Assembly (NCBI GenBank): GCA_005883615.1
Contig: VBEC01000018.1
Location: 41,473-105,472, forward strand
DNA from: Chloroflexota bacterium
GTDB lineage: Bacteria; Chloroflexota; Limnocylindria; Limnocylindrales; CSP1-4
Reading direction: 5' to 3'
Length of the DNA stretch: 64,000 nt
Part shown: positions 37,906 through 47,379 of the stretch, piece by piece
Numbering within the stretch: the stretch's first letter is position 1
How the letters are laid out: each line of letters starts with the position of its first letter
Translations under genes and position numbers: made by a program
The notes under the pieces: model-generated
Told to the model about the DNA's origin: nothing
Databases searched by the model: none
Seen by the model: only the letters and a program-made list of their open reading frames with translations

Positions 37906-38024
37906 CGATCGGGCGCCGCCGATCCGGCCGGGGGTGCTCATTCGAGGCCATGTCTGACACAATGCGGATTCCTCGGGCGAAGCCGGCCGGAGAGCGGCCA
38001 CGACCCCTGGGAGGAGGAGCACCG

Positions 38025-39416
38025 ATGAGTCAGAGCGACGTGCGCGTCGATCGCGATCCAGCCGAGCGGACCAAGTTCGTCCTCGACGAGGAGCGCATCC
38101 CGAAGAGCTGGTACAACATCGTCGCCGACCTCCCGGTGCCGCCCCAGCCGGTCCTTCATCCGGGAACGGGACAGCCCATCGGCCCGGGCGATCTGGCGCC
38201 ACTCTTCCCCATGGCCCTCATCCGCCAGGAAGTGAGCACAGAGCGCGAGATCGAGATCCCCGAGCCGGTCCGCGAGGCTTATCGCCTGTACCGCCCGAGC
38301 CCGCTGATCCGCGCCCGGCGGTTGGAGAAAGTGCTCGACACACCGGCCCACATCTACTTCAAATACGAGGGCGTGAGCCCCGCCGGCAGCCACAAGCCGA
38401 ACACCGCGATCGCGCAGGCCTTCTTCAACAAGGAGGAAGGCACCAAGCGGATCGCGACCGAGACCGGCGCCGGGCAGTGGGGGAGCGCGCTGGCGTTCGC
38501 GGCCGCTCTATTCGATCTCGAGACCAAGGTCTACATGGTCCGCGCGTCGTACGACCAGAAGCCGTATCGGCGGATCCTGATGGAGACCTACGGCGCGGAG
38601 GTTGTGCCGAGCCCCTCGACGACCACCAACTACGGCCGCAAAGTGCTCGAGGAGCACCCTGATTCGCCGGGCTCGCTAGGCATTGCGATCAGCGAAGCGG
38701 TCGAGGACGCGGCCAGCCGAGACGACACCAAGTACAGCCTCGGGTCGGTGCTCAACCACGTGCTGCTGCACCAGACGGTCATCGGCCAGGAGGCCATCGA
38801 GCAGATGGGTATGGCCGGCGAGGATCCCGACGTGATCATCGCCTGCGCCGGTGGCGGCTCGAACTTCGCGGGGCTGGCCTTCCCATTCCTGGGCCTCAAC
38901 TTCCGGGGCGGACGCCGACGCAAGGTGATCGCGGTCGAGCCGAAGGCGGCGCCGTCGATGACCCGCGGTGTGTACGCCTACGACTTCGGCGACACCGGCA
39001 AGCTCACGCCGCTGGTCAAGATGTTCACGCTCGGGTCCGACTTCATTCCTGAGCCCATCCACGCCGGCGGCCTGCGCTACCACGGCATGTCGCCCCTGGT
39101 GTCGCTGCTCAAGGACCACGGCGACATCGAGGCCCAGGCGGTCCACCAGGGCGAGGCCTTCGCCGCGGCCGTGGCGTTCGCCCGGGCCGAAGGCATCGTG
39201 CCGGCACCGGAGTCGGCGCACGCCATCCGGGTGGCTATCGATGAGGCCGTCAACGCGCGCGCGGCCGGCGAGTCGAAGGTAATCCTGTTCAACCTGTCCG
39301 GCCACGGGCATTTCGACCTGACGGCGTACGAGAAGTTCCTGCAGGGCGCCCTGCCGGACTACGAGTACACGCCCGACGAGGCGGCCCTGGCCGCGATCCC
39401 CAAGGTGCAGGCGTAA
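38025..39416 (+). CDS. trpB2: TrpB2-type tryptophan synthase beta-subunit-like PLP enzyme
   Basis: GGGAGGAGGA RBS. The [13 protein letters not shown] and [13 protein letters not shown] motifs and the ~460-aa length are characteristic of TrpB2. The track's 606-aa ORF from 37596 runs through low-complexity repeat sequence and is rejected. Confidence 0.85.
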   Translation: MSQSDVRVDRDPAERTKFVLDEERIPKSWYNIVADLPVPPQPVLHPGTGQPIGPGDLAPLFPMALIRQEVSTEREIEIPEPVREAYRLYRPSPLIRARRLEKVLDTPAHIYFKYEGVSPAGSHKPNTAIAQAFFNKEEGTKRIATETGAGQWGSALAFAAALFDLETKVYMVRASYDQKPYRRILMETYGAEVVPSPSTTTNYGRKVLEEHPDSPGSLGIAISEAVEDAASRDDTKYSLGSVLNHVLLHQTVIGQEAIEQMGMAGEDPDVIIACAGGGSNFAGLAFPFLGLNFRGGRRRKVIAVEPKAAPSMTRGVYAYDFGDTGKLTPLVKMFTLGSDFIPEPIHAGGLRYHGMSPLVSLLKDHGDIEAQAVHQGEAFAAAVAFARAEGIVPAPESAHAIRVAIDEAVNARAAGESKVILFNLSGHGHFDLTAYEKFLQGALPDYEYTPDEAALAAIPKVQA

Positions 39417-39450
39417 CGATCGACTCGCACTCCGCCCGGCGGCGGCCCGT

Positions 39451-39513
39451 GTGACCTGCCCCAACTGCGCGGCCGAAACGCGGCCCGGCCAGCGCTTCTG
39501 TGCGAGGAGGTAG
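39451..39513 (+). pseudogene. Orphan zinc-ribbon fragment (VTCPNCAAETRPGQRFCARR*) resembling the N-terminus of the STAND-cyclase gene
   Basis: GTG...TAG mini-ORF. Compare MICPNCGAENPGEKRFCGDCG at 26248. Confidence 0.4.
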
Positions 39514-39565
39514 GCGAGCAGGCCCAGCCGAGCCGCGTCACGACGTCCAGGGCCTGACGCATCAG

Positions 39566-39700
39566 GTCGCCCTGTCGCGGGTGCCTCGACGTCGAGCATC
39601 GTCGCCAGGTTGTTGATCGCGCGCTTCTCGGCCCTGGGAAGCTCGTGCATCCGAGCGAGATCGACCGCGCCGTACAGCAGGGCCATACCTTCGCGAGGCC
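39566..39700 (-). pseudogene. Decayed fragment homologous to the C-terminal helical-repeat region of the STAND-cyclase protein
   Basis: The - strand reads ALLYGAVDLARMHELPRAEKRAINNLATMLDVEA, compared with ALMRAAIDLARLAGLASLELRATNNLGASVWADE in the intact gene. A frameshifted continuation DLMRQALDVVTRLG is also similar. No intact ORF. Confidence 0.4.
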
Positions 39701-39997
39701 GGCTGGGCGTGCTCGCAATCCCCTCCGTGTTGCGGATGGGCGCCACGCTTCTTCTCGCTCAACTCGATCCGGTCCTTGGGGCTGCCGCGAAACCGGCCGG
39801 CGCCCGCACGAGCGAGACGATGGCCGCCGAAGCAGCGGTGTCATCGACACCAAGCTGAATGTTTCCGGGGCGTCCGCGCAACGGCCAAACACGGATTTGG
39901 GCCTATCCTGATGCGTACGGCCAGGAAGTCCGGCCGCCCGAAGCGAACGTATCCACGGACAAACATCGAGCATCTGTCCCTGGGGAACGCACCGCCC

Positions 39998-40414
39998 ATG
40001 CGCCGTCGCCTCGTCGCCATTCGGTCAGCCGTTGGTCTCGGCCTCGCGGGTGCGCTCGTGGGCCTCGCGATGAGCGCGTTCGGCGGTCAGCTGCTGGCGC
40101 GAGTGCCGTTCCTGTCTGCGCCGGAGATAAGTGAGGCGCGCCAGTACATGGTCAGCCTTCTGACCAGCGACGAGGATCGACTCGCCTCGCTTCGTCCCAA
40201 GGTGGACGTGGTTTCGCGCGCCGTGGCCCTTGCTGCAGGCCCCGCCGACACGTCGCAGTACAAGGTGGTCGCCCTCCGGTTCGTCGGTGGGACGGCTGCG
40301 GCCGGAGCGGTCATCCAGTTCTACGTGGTGGAGTACCAGCTTTCGACCGGCGTGGATGTGATCGTCCCCTACACACTGACCCTGATGGGCGGGAAGGTGG
40401 TCGCCGTTGAGTAA
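39998..40414 (+). CDS. Small secreted/membrane-anchored hypothetical protein (138 aa)
   Basis: MRRRLVAIRSAVGLGLAGALVGLAMSAFGG signal/TM sequence. First gene of a three-gene + strand cluster ending with the FtsH-like gene. Confidence 0.45.
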   Translation: MRRRLVAIRSAVGLGLAGALVGLAMSAFGGQLLARVPFLSAPEISEARQYMVSLLTSDEDRLASLRPKVDVVSRAVALAAGPADTSQYKVVALRFVGGTAAAGAVIQFYVVEYQLSTGVDVIVPYTLTLMGGKVVAVE

Positions 40415-40844
40415 GCACCAACCCATCCCGGAACCGACGCCCGTCCGTTCGGTGGTGACCGTGGCCATCTTCCTGGCCGGCTTCATTGCCGCCGTTGTCG
40501 GCTACCTCCAGGTCCAGCCCACCCCTCGCGCGGGGCTCCCGTCGGCGGCGCCCGGCTTCCTCGCGACCGTCGAGCCCGCCGCGGCACAGGCGGTCGTCCA
40601 GGACATGATCAAGGGCGACGCCAAGGACCTGGCGACACGCGTCAAATCGGCCGATCTTACGGATCTCCAGACGGCGGTCAACCCGCTCGTCGACATCACC
40701 TCGATCGACTTCGTGAGTGCCAGCCGCCTGGGCAACGAGGAGCTGGCGGCCTACCTTGCCCTTGGTAAGACGGCCCAAGGCCAGAAGCTCGTGCGGGGGT
40801 TCTTCCTGAGAGTTCAGGACGGAGCGGTCGTTGGCGTCAACTGA
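40407..40844 (+). CDS. Small membrane-anchored hypothetical protein (145 aa)
   Basis: TTG start overlaps the upstream stop by 8 nt. TM helix VVTVAIFLAGFIAAVVGYL. Confidence 0.45.
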   Translation: MSKHQPIPEPTPVRSVVTVAIFLAGFIAAVVGYLQVQPTPRAGLPSAAPGFLATVEPAAAQAVVQDMIKGDAKDLATRVKSADLTDLQTAVNPLVDITSIDFVSASRLGNEELAAYLALGKTAQGQKLVRGFFLRVQDGAVVGVN

Positions 40845-40897
40845 GAAGCTGACGCTGACCGAGAAGTTGGCGTGACTGGGAAGAAGGAGGCGAGGCC

Positions 40898-42898
40898 ATG
40901 AGAGCCGGCGTGGTGCGAACGGGGACGAGCGTTCGGTCCGGGCTTGCCACGACTTCCTACGTCCTCGAGAAGAACCGGCGCCGGTTGCTGGTCCTGGGCG
41001 TGCTCATCGTTGCCGTTCTGGGCCTTGTCGGCGCGCGGGACACAGTCGAGGGGATCGCCGGTTTCATCGCATACGCCCCGCTGCTCGGCGTCCAGCTGAT
41101 GTTCGCGGTCATGTTCATGATCGTGCAGTTCGGTGCCCTCTTCTGGTTCCTCTCCCGGCCCCGCAAGTACGTCGTGACGCCGGACGATCCGCAGATCGGG
41201 CTCACGTTCGACAACTACCGTGGCCAGCCGGATCTTCTCGACCATGCCCGGAGCACGGTCAGGATCCTGCAGGGCGTCAAGGAGTTCGAGCTGCGCGGCG
41301 GCGAGATGCCGAAGGGCATGCTGCTGTCGGGCTCGCCAGGGACGGGTAAGACCTTCCTGGCCAGCTGCATCGCGGCGGAGGCGGGCATCCCGTTCATCTA
41401 CGTCGACGCGAGCTCGCTGACGTCGATGTTCCTGGGGATTGACGCGCTCATCATGAATTCGCTGTTCCGGCAGGCCCGCGGCTACGGCCGCAAGTACGCC
41501 TCGGCCGGGATGCGCGGCGCCTGCATCCTGTTCATGGACGAGCTCGATTCGATCGGGTACAGCCGGGGCGGTGTCCAGGGCGGCCAGCAGCAGGTCGGCA
41601 TGATGGCCGGCGGGATGTTCGGCGGCGGCCGTTTGGGCCTGAACGCGATGCTCAACCAGATGGACTCGCTGGGGGCGCTGGTGGAGGACCGCTACTCCCG
41701 GCGGATCCTGCGCTGGCTGGGGCTGGTCCGGGGCCCCGTGCCACCCAAGCCGGTGGTTTTCGTGATCGGCGCAACGAACCGGCCAGAGGTCCTCGATCCG
41801 GCGCTGACCCGCCCGGGCCGGCTGGACCGAACCATTGTCGTGCATGAGCCCGATGCCGATGGACGGCGCGACATCGTCGAGCACTACCTGAGCCTGAAGG
41901 CTCACGACCCCGAGATTCCGCTCGACCTGATGGTGGCGGACTCGATCGGGTGGACCCCGATCATGATCAAGACGATCATCAACGAAGCCCTGATCGCGGC
42001 ACACGACGACGGCCGATCCGCCCTGACCTACAAGGACTGGCTGAACGCCGCGGACGCGCGGACACTCGGCATCAAGCAGCCGATCCGCTCCTGGAACGTC
42101 GCCGATCGGCGCGACACGGCCTATCACGAGGCCGGCCATGCGGTCGCCGCCCGCTACCTCCAGCCAGAGAACCGGATCGCCAAGGCGACGATCATCCGCC
42201 GCGGCCACGCCCTTGGCTACGTCCAGCCAATGCCGAAGGAGGAGCGGACATCGCACAACGCGAAGCAGATCGAGACGGAGATCATGGTCGGCCTGGCCGG
42301 GCGTGGTGCCGAAGAGGTGTTCTTCGGGGCGCAGCGGACGGGCGCCGCCAGCGATCTCCAGTCGGCTACGTTGCGGGCCCTTCTGTACGTCGCGCAGTTC
42401 GCGATGGGTCCGACCAAGCTGGTCGCTCCGGTCGCGCCCCCCACCAGCCCGCCGATGCCCTATCAGCGCGCGGCGAATGACCTCCTCGACCAGCTGCACG
42501 TGGAAACGACGCGGCTGCTCAAGGAGAAGCAGGCGGCCGTACGCGCCGTGGCCGAGGCGCTCATTCAGCGCGACGAGCTGATCGCCGACGAGCTGGAGGA
42601 GGTCTTCCAGGCCGCCGAGGCAGAGCACCCCGAGCTGAGGAAGCCCTTCGAGCGACGGATCGTGATGTTCAAACCCTTCCTCGGCGAGCACGAAGCCGAG
42701 AGCTCCGAGTGGACCCCGCCGGCGCAGGAGCCGGCTGTCGTCGCGGCCGCGATGGGCGGCCCGGGGCTCGAACCACGCGCCGGTCTCGCTGCCGATCACG
42801 CGAACGCCGGGGGCTCCGCGGGTCCCGGTCGGCGAAGCTCAGGCAGGCGCCGCAGGAACGGAGACGAGGCCGGTCCGGAGCGTAGCTCGCCGCAATAG
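40898..42898 (+). CDS. FtsH-like AAA+ ATPase / M41 zinc metalloprotease with an atypical architecture
   Basis: Two closely spaced N-terminal TM helices with no large extracytoplasmic domain. Walker A GSPGTGKT, Walker B ILFMDELD, sensor ATNRPEVLDPALTRPGRLDR. A ~90-aa Gly/Gln-rich insertion sits between Walker B and sensor-1. The M41 HEAGHAV zinc motif is present. A 120-aa acidic/basic C-terminal tail follows. Confidence 0.8.
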   Translation: MRAGVVRTGTSVRSGLATTSYVLEKNRRRLLVLGVLIVAVLGLVGARDTVEGIAGFIAYAPLLGVQLMFAVMFMIVQFGALFWFLSRPRKYVVTPDDPQIGLTFDNYRGQPDLLDHARSTVRILQGVKEFELRGGEMPKGMLLSGSPGTGKTFLASCIAAEAGIPFIYVDASSLTSMFLGIDALIMNSLFRQARGYGRKYASAGMRGACILFMDELDSIGYSRGGVQGGQQQVGMMAGGMFGGGRLGLNAMLNQMDSLGALVEDRYSRRILRWLGLVRGPVPPKPVVFVIGATNRPEVLDPALTRPGRLDRTIVVHEPDADGRRDIVEHYLSLKAHDPEIPLDLMVADSIGWTPIMIKTIINEALIAAHDDGRSALTYKDWLNAADARTLGIKQPIRSWNVADRRDTAYHEAGHAVAARYLQPENRIAKATIIRRGHALGYVQPMPKEERTSHNAKQIETEIMVGLAGRGAEEVFFGAQRTGAASDLQSATLRALLYVAQFAMGPTKLVAPVAPPTSPPMPYQRAANDLLDQLHVETTRLLKEKQAAVRAVAEALIQRDELIADELEEVFQAAEAEHPELRKPFERRIVMFKPFLGEHEAESSEWTPPAQEPAVVAAAMGGPGLEPRAGLAADHANAGGSAGPGRRSSGRRRRNGDEAGPERSSPQ

Positions 42899-43171
42899 GC
42901 CGGCCATGGGCGGGAGCAGGAGTTCCGCGCCTGTCCCTGGCTCGGGCCTGCGTCAGAAGCCGCTGTCATTCGCGTTAGAGGCCGGCTTGCGGGCCGGGTG
43001 GCCCCTCGACGGCCAGGACTCGCCCGCTAGAAGCGTGGCGGGGCAAAAGGAAGCGTCATGGGGTCACCGCTAGAGCCGGGAATTAGGGTGGGAGTGGCCC
43101 AGGGCAACAGAGATTTGCAGATGACGCAGTCGTCAGCCGCCGGGCGCTGAGGGACCGCGTGGGCCCCTCGG

Positions 43172-44110
43172 CTACAAACCGCTGTAGGCGTGCAGGCCGT
43201 TGAACCAGAGCGAACCGGAGTAGGTCACCAGGACCATCCCGAAACCGACGACCAGCAGCAGGGCAGCGGGACGACCGGCCCACGATTTCTGGTTGCGGGC
43301 ATGCAGGTAGACGGCGTAGGTCAGCCACGTCACGAGCGCGGCCGTCTCCTTCGGGTCCCAGCCCCAGTAGCGTGACCAGGCGATCGAAGCCCACCACGAG
43401 CCGAGGATGATCATCGTGGCGAAGATCGGGAAGCCGATGACCACCGCGCGGTAGGCGACCTCGTCGAGCACCTTGTGTGATGGCAGCCACGCGAACCGGT
43501 CGTTCTTGCCCTGGATGAGATAGCCCACACCAGCCGCAAAGCTCGTGGCGAAGATGCCGTAGGCGATCGTGGCCATGCCGACGTGGATCGTCAGGAGCGG
43601 CCGGTTCTCCAGGGCCGGCACGAGCGGCTTGATGTCGGATGGGAGTGAGGCCGCATATAGAAGGAGCCCGAGCGCGACGCCGACCGGCAGGAAGCCGATC
43701 GAGCGGATTGGGTAGCGCCGCTCGAGCAGGCTGTACCCCGCGACCATCGTGAACGAGAACGCGACCGTGAACTCGAACATGTTGCCCCACGGCCCGCGTC
43801 CCACGAGATACGCGCGCAGGGCCATCGACCCTCCGATGAGGGCCAGCGCAACCAGTGTCAGGACGAAGGCGGCCGGTGCAATGCGACTGGCGGGTCGGTC
43901 CAATCCGGGACCCCCGCCCGCGTCCCCAACTCGCTCGACGAAGCTCCCGGTGACCACGCCCGCGAACGCCGGTTGCTGGCGCCGGGGAGCCAGGGCCGGC
44001 AGGACGCGCCGCCCGTTCGCGAGCAGCACCGTGTTCGCGACGTGAGCGGCGAACGCCAGTGCCATCGCGATGACGCCGAGGCTGAACAGGAAGCCGGACA
44101 GTCGCTCCAT
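43172..44110 (-). CDS. ccsA: Cytochrome c-type biogenesis protein CcsA/ResC (system II heme-handling, WWD domain)
   Basis: WSRYWGWDPKETAALVTWLTYAVYLHARNQ W-rich motif. Eight predicted TM helices, 312 aa. Confidence 0.8.
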   Translation of the reverse strand: MERLSGFLFSLGVIAMALAFAAHVANTVLLANGRRVLPALAPRRQQPAFAGVVTGSFVERVGDAGGGPGLDRPASRIAPAAFVLTLVALALIGGSMALRAYLVGRGPWGNMFEFTVAFSFTMVAGYSLLERRYPIRSIGFLPVGVALGLLLYAASLPSDIKPLVPALENRPLLTIHVGMATIAYGIFATSFAAGVGYLIQGKNDRFAWLPSHKVLDEVAYRAVVIGFPIFATMIILGSWWASIAWSRYWGWDPKETAALVTWLTYAVYLHARNQKSWAGRPAALLLVVGFGMVLVTYSGSLWFNGLHAYSGL

Positions 44111-44143
44111 CAGTGTCTCCAGGCGGTCAGCGAGTGGAAATGG

Positions 44144-44635
44144 TCAGGCTACAGCGGCGCCGCCCGGTGGCGGCCCGGCGACTGGTCGGAGAGCTTTTCC
44201 GCCGGCGCGTTTTTCGATCCTGAGGACGAGGCCGCAGTTGCCGCAGGTGTCGATCTCGGCGGCACGGCCCAGGCCGCACTTTGGACAGCGAACGAGGAGC
44301 TCCCGGCCGCAGGTCTCACAGCGTGTCGCGCCTGGCGGGTAGACCAGGGCGTCGTGATAGCAGTATGGCTCGCCGGGGGGAAAGATCGGGTACCCATCCG
44401 AGCCGATCGGGGCCGGATACGGGCCCTCGGCGAGCTGAACCACGCCCCGCCGCGGCTTGGTCACGAAGTACCACAGCCAGAAGAGCATCAGGATCGTGAA
44501 GATCGGTCCGACCACGCCCAGCACGATCAGGATCGGCAGCAGGCCAACGACCGACGTCCAGTCGGGGATGATGACCTTGCTGAGAAGGTCGAGCAGCTGC
44601 GTCCATCCGGCGTTGAGGCTGTCGACGATGCCCAC
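44144..44635 (-). CDS. Hypothetical membrane protein with a C-terminal triple CxxC zinc-ribbon-like region
   Basis: Two TM helices (VVGLLPILIVLGVVGPIFTILMLFWLWYFV), then ...CETCG...CPKCG...CGNCG. Confidence 0.5.
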   Translation of the reverse strand: MGIVDSLNAGWTQLLDLLSKVIIPDWTSVVGLLPILIVLGVVGPIFTILMLFWLWYFVTKPRRGVVQLAEGPYPAPIGSDGYPIFPPGEPYCYHDALVYPPGATRCETCGRELLVRCPKCGLGRAAEIDTCGNCGLVLRIEKRAGGKALRPVAGPPPGGAAVA

Positions 44636-44644
44636 GGGCGCATT

Positions 44645-45244
44645 CTATCGTCGGCGCCAGGGGGGGTTCCCGCGACGAGGATTGCCCTTCTTCGTGGTAG
44701 CCCCCCGACCCGGCCGCCAGGGCTTGCGCCCGGACTCCGAGCCGTCCTCCCCCGACAGCGCATCCGTGGTGTCGGGGGAGACAGGTGCCCTGCTCCGGCC
44801 GGGGCCCGGGCTCGAAAGGCGAGCGCGGCCCAGCCTCCGGAGCAGCCACTCCGTGCCGACCGCGCGGGCCCCAAGCCGCCACACATTCCGCACGAGCTCA
44901 CGGTCGTCGGTCACGACGAGGGCCGTTTCGCCGAGGGTGGCGCCGGCGGGCCGGTTCCTGATCGTCTCGAGGATGGCCTCATCCGCCGACCTGCGCCCGG
45001 CGTAGCGCACACTCAGGCCGGACGCGATACGCGCGCTGCCCAGGCCCCGTTCGGGCGGTCCATCGAACACGAGCTGGATCTCGATGGACGCCGGGACGAC
45101 CCCGCGAAGGCGCCCGATCAGAGCGGCAGGCGGCGGCACCGGGCCGCCGTCCGAGTTCGGGCTCGCCCGGAGGGCATGCAGCAGGTTCGAGCCGTCGACC
45201 ACGAGCAGCCCGATGCCGGCCAGGGGGTCGCTACCCGTCCTCAT
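44645..45244 (-). CDS. NYN-domain (YacP-like, PIN-related predicted RNase) protein with a basic C-terminal tail
   Basis: LLVVDGSNLLHALR...IEIQLVFDG...ALVVTDDRELVRNV matches the YacP/NYN pattern. First gene of the NYN/Zn-ribbon/ccsA operon. Confidence 0.6.
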   Translation of the reverse strand: MRTGSDPLAGIGLLVVDGSNLLHALRASPNSDGGPVPPPAALIGRLRGVVPASIEIQLVFDGPPERGLGSARIASGLSVRYAGRRSADEAILETIRNRPAGATLGETALVVTDDRELVRNVWRLGARAVGTEWLLRRLGRARLSSPGPGRSRAPVSPDTTDALSGEDGSESGRKPWRPGRGATTKKGNPRRGNPPWRRR

Positions 45245-45294
45245 CGGCGGATGGTGGCAGACGGCGACCGGATCCACTCGGCTAGCATCCGCGA

Positions 45295-46137
45295 ATGCTC
45301 CTGCTGGTGGACCTCGATGGGGTCGTGTACCGCGGCCCCGACCCGGTGCCCGGGGTGGCCGAGGTCCTGGCCAGGCGTGCCCGGCGGGGCGACGAGCTCG
45401 TCTTCGTGACGAACAACTCGATGCACTACCGGGCCGACTATGTGGCCCGCCTGCGATCGATGGGCTTGCCGGTGACACCCGATCGCGTCGTGAGCGCGCC
45501 GCGGGCGACGGCACTCTTCCTGGTCGGGCAGGCGTCCCCGCCGGCCCGCGTGCTGGCGGTCGGTGCTGAGGGCCTCTTCCGTGAGCTGCGGGACGTGGGC
45601 CTCGAGGTGGTCCGGAGTGAGGACGCGGCGCCCAGGGCGGTCCAGGAGCGCATCGATGGGTTCGAGGCGGCAGGCCGGCCGGACACGGTGGTGGTCGGCC
45701 TCGATCCGGGTCTGACCTACGGGCGGATCGCCGTCGCAGCGGATGCGATCCGGGCGGGGGCGCGTTTCGTTGCCACGAACCGCGATCCGGTCTATCCCAC
45801 GGAGCGTGGCCTGGCGCCCGGTGCTGGATCGGTCGTTGCGGCCGTGGAGGTGGCCGCGGGCGTCGCGCCGATCGTTGTCGGCAAGCCCGAGCCACGCCTG
45901 CTCGAGGAGGCGGCTCGGGCCGGCGGCGGGCTCGCGAGCGAGGCCGTGATGATTGGCGACGGCCTGGTCACCGACCTTGCCGCGGCTCGCGCGGTTGGAG
46001 CCCGGAGCGTGCTGATGCTGACCGGGGTGACGGCTCGCGAGCAGGTCGAGGCGCTGCCGCCCGGGGAACGTCCCACCGCCGTCGCCGCGGACGCGGAAGA
46101 GCTCGAGGCTGCCCTCGATCGCCTCGCGGAACGTTGA
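45295..46137 (+). CDS. HAD-superfamily hydrolase, subfamily IIA (NagD-like sugar phosphatase)
   Basis: LLLVDLDGVVYRG motif I, VFVTNNS, and GKPEP...MIGDGLVTD motifs. Confidence 0.8.
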   Translation: MLLLVDLDGVVYRGPDPVPGVAEVLARRARRGDELVFVTNNSMHYRADYVARLRSMGLPVTPDRVVSAPRATALFLVGQASPPARVLAVGAEGLFRELRDVGLEVVRSEDAAPRAVQERIDGFEAAGRPDTVVVGLDPGLTYGRIAVAADAIRAGARFVATNRDPVYPTERGLAPGAGSVVAAVEVAAGVAPIVVGKPEPRLLEEAARAGGGLASEAVMIGDGLVTDLAAARAVGARSVLMLTGVTAREQVEALPPGERPTAVAADAEELEAALDRLAER

Positions 46138-46145
46138 CTGAGAGA

Positions 46146-47246
46146 TCAGTGAAGAGCGCCGGCACCGACGGCCGGCTCGGCGGCGGCCCAACGATCGAAC
46201 TGCCTCCGGAGGGGTTCGAGGACGGCCGCCTCCGCAAAGGCGACATCGAGGGCTCCGCGATCGATCAGCCAGAGCTCGGGCAGCGTCAGTCCACACTGGG
46301 CGATCGCGCGCTCGTACTCGTCGGTCAGCGAGATGTCGGAGACGGTCAGGTCGTCGGTCGATAGCGTGACCCGGACCCCTAGACGATGAAGAGTCGCCAG
46401 CGGATGGGTCTCGAGCGAGGGAACGATGCCCGCCTGCACGTTGCTTGTCGGGGCGAGGTCAAGAGCCACGCCGCGGGCCATCAGCTCAGCGCATAGCTTG
46501 GCATCCTGGGCGGCAACGGCGCCGTGGGCGATCCGCTCAGGGCTCGACTCGAGCGCTCGTCTCACCTGCGTGGGTCCGTCCCACTCGCCGGCGTGCACGG
46601 TGATCCGCAGGCCCGCCGCGCGAGCTGCCTCGAAAGCCTCCCGATGCTCGAGCGGATCCGGGTAGGCGTGCTCCGGTCCGGCCAGGTCGAATCCGGTCAG
46701 CCCCCGATCGAGGAACCGTGCGGCCGCCTCCGCCAGGGCGACATTGTCCGCCGGCGGGTGGGAGCGAAGCGCCGTACAGATCAAGCGGACAACAGTGCCG
46801 GTGCGTTTCGCGGCCGCGTCCGCGCCGCCACACACGGCGCCGATCCCCTCGTTGAGCGCCAGGCCGCGCGCGGTGTGCAACAGCGGGCCCCAGCGGATCT
46901 CCACGTAGCGGACGCCGTCGGCCGCTTTGGCCTCGACCAGCTCTTCGGTGACGCGAGCGAGCGCCTCGGCATCCTGGAGGAGCGCGATCGGCAGGTCGAA
47001 TGCGCGCAGGAGCTCCGCCTGCGATGCACCGACTGGCGGCGCCACCAGGAGACGCCGCATCGTCGCCTGGTCGCGCGGGGCGTCGACGCCCCGCGATCGA
47101 GCGAGCTCCAGGGCCGTGTCGATCTGAACCGAGCCGTCCAGGTGCAGGTGGAGCTCGGCTTTGGGCATGCGAGCAAGGAACGCGCGGTCGGGGATCGCCC
47201 CCGCGCCGGTGGCGGCCGCAGGCCCGGGGCGGGAGGGTTGTGCCAC
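46146..47246 (-). CDS. add: Adenosine deaminase
   Basis: MPKAELHLHLDGS and ...VHAGEWDG...SLSTDDL... are metal-ligand motifs of adenosine deaminase. The start may be 47168 rather than 47246. Confidence 0.85.
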   Translation of the reverse strand: MAQPSRPGPAAATGAGAIPDRAFLARMPKAELHLHLDGSVQIDTALELARSRGVDAPRDQATMRRLLVAPPVGASQAELLRAFDLPIALLQDAEALARVTEELVEAKAADGVRYVEIRWGPLLHTARGLALNEGIGAVCGGADAAAKRTGTVVRLICTALRSHPPADNVALAEAAARFLDRGLTGFDLAGPEHAYPDPLEHREAFEAARAAGLRITVHAGEWDGPTQVRRALESSPERIAHGAVAAQDAKLCAELMARGVALDLAPTSNVQAGIVPSLETHPLATLHRLGVRVTLSTDDLTVSDISLTDEYERAIAQCGLTLPELWLIDRGALDVAFAEAAVLEPLRRQFDRWAAAEPAVGAGALH

Positions 47247-47379
47247 GCCCCGATGCTACGATGGCGACCCGCCCGCCGCCGATGCGCCAATCCCTCGAGG
47301 GTCGCCCCTGACGCGCCTGGACCGCCCCGTACACGCCCACCCAGAGCCCGAGGTCGAGGCTGCCCGGGGCCCGCGCCTC

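Noticed and set aside
37596-38024. In-frame N-terminal extension of trpB2 (606-aa track ORF)
   Set aside because: This stretch translates the DNA tandem repeats as [11 protein letters not shown]... low complexity. The real start has a strong GGGAGGAGGA RBS at 38025 and the TrpB2 N-terminal motif begins there.
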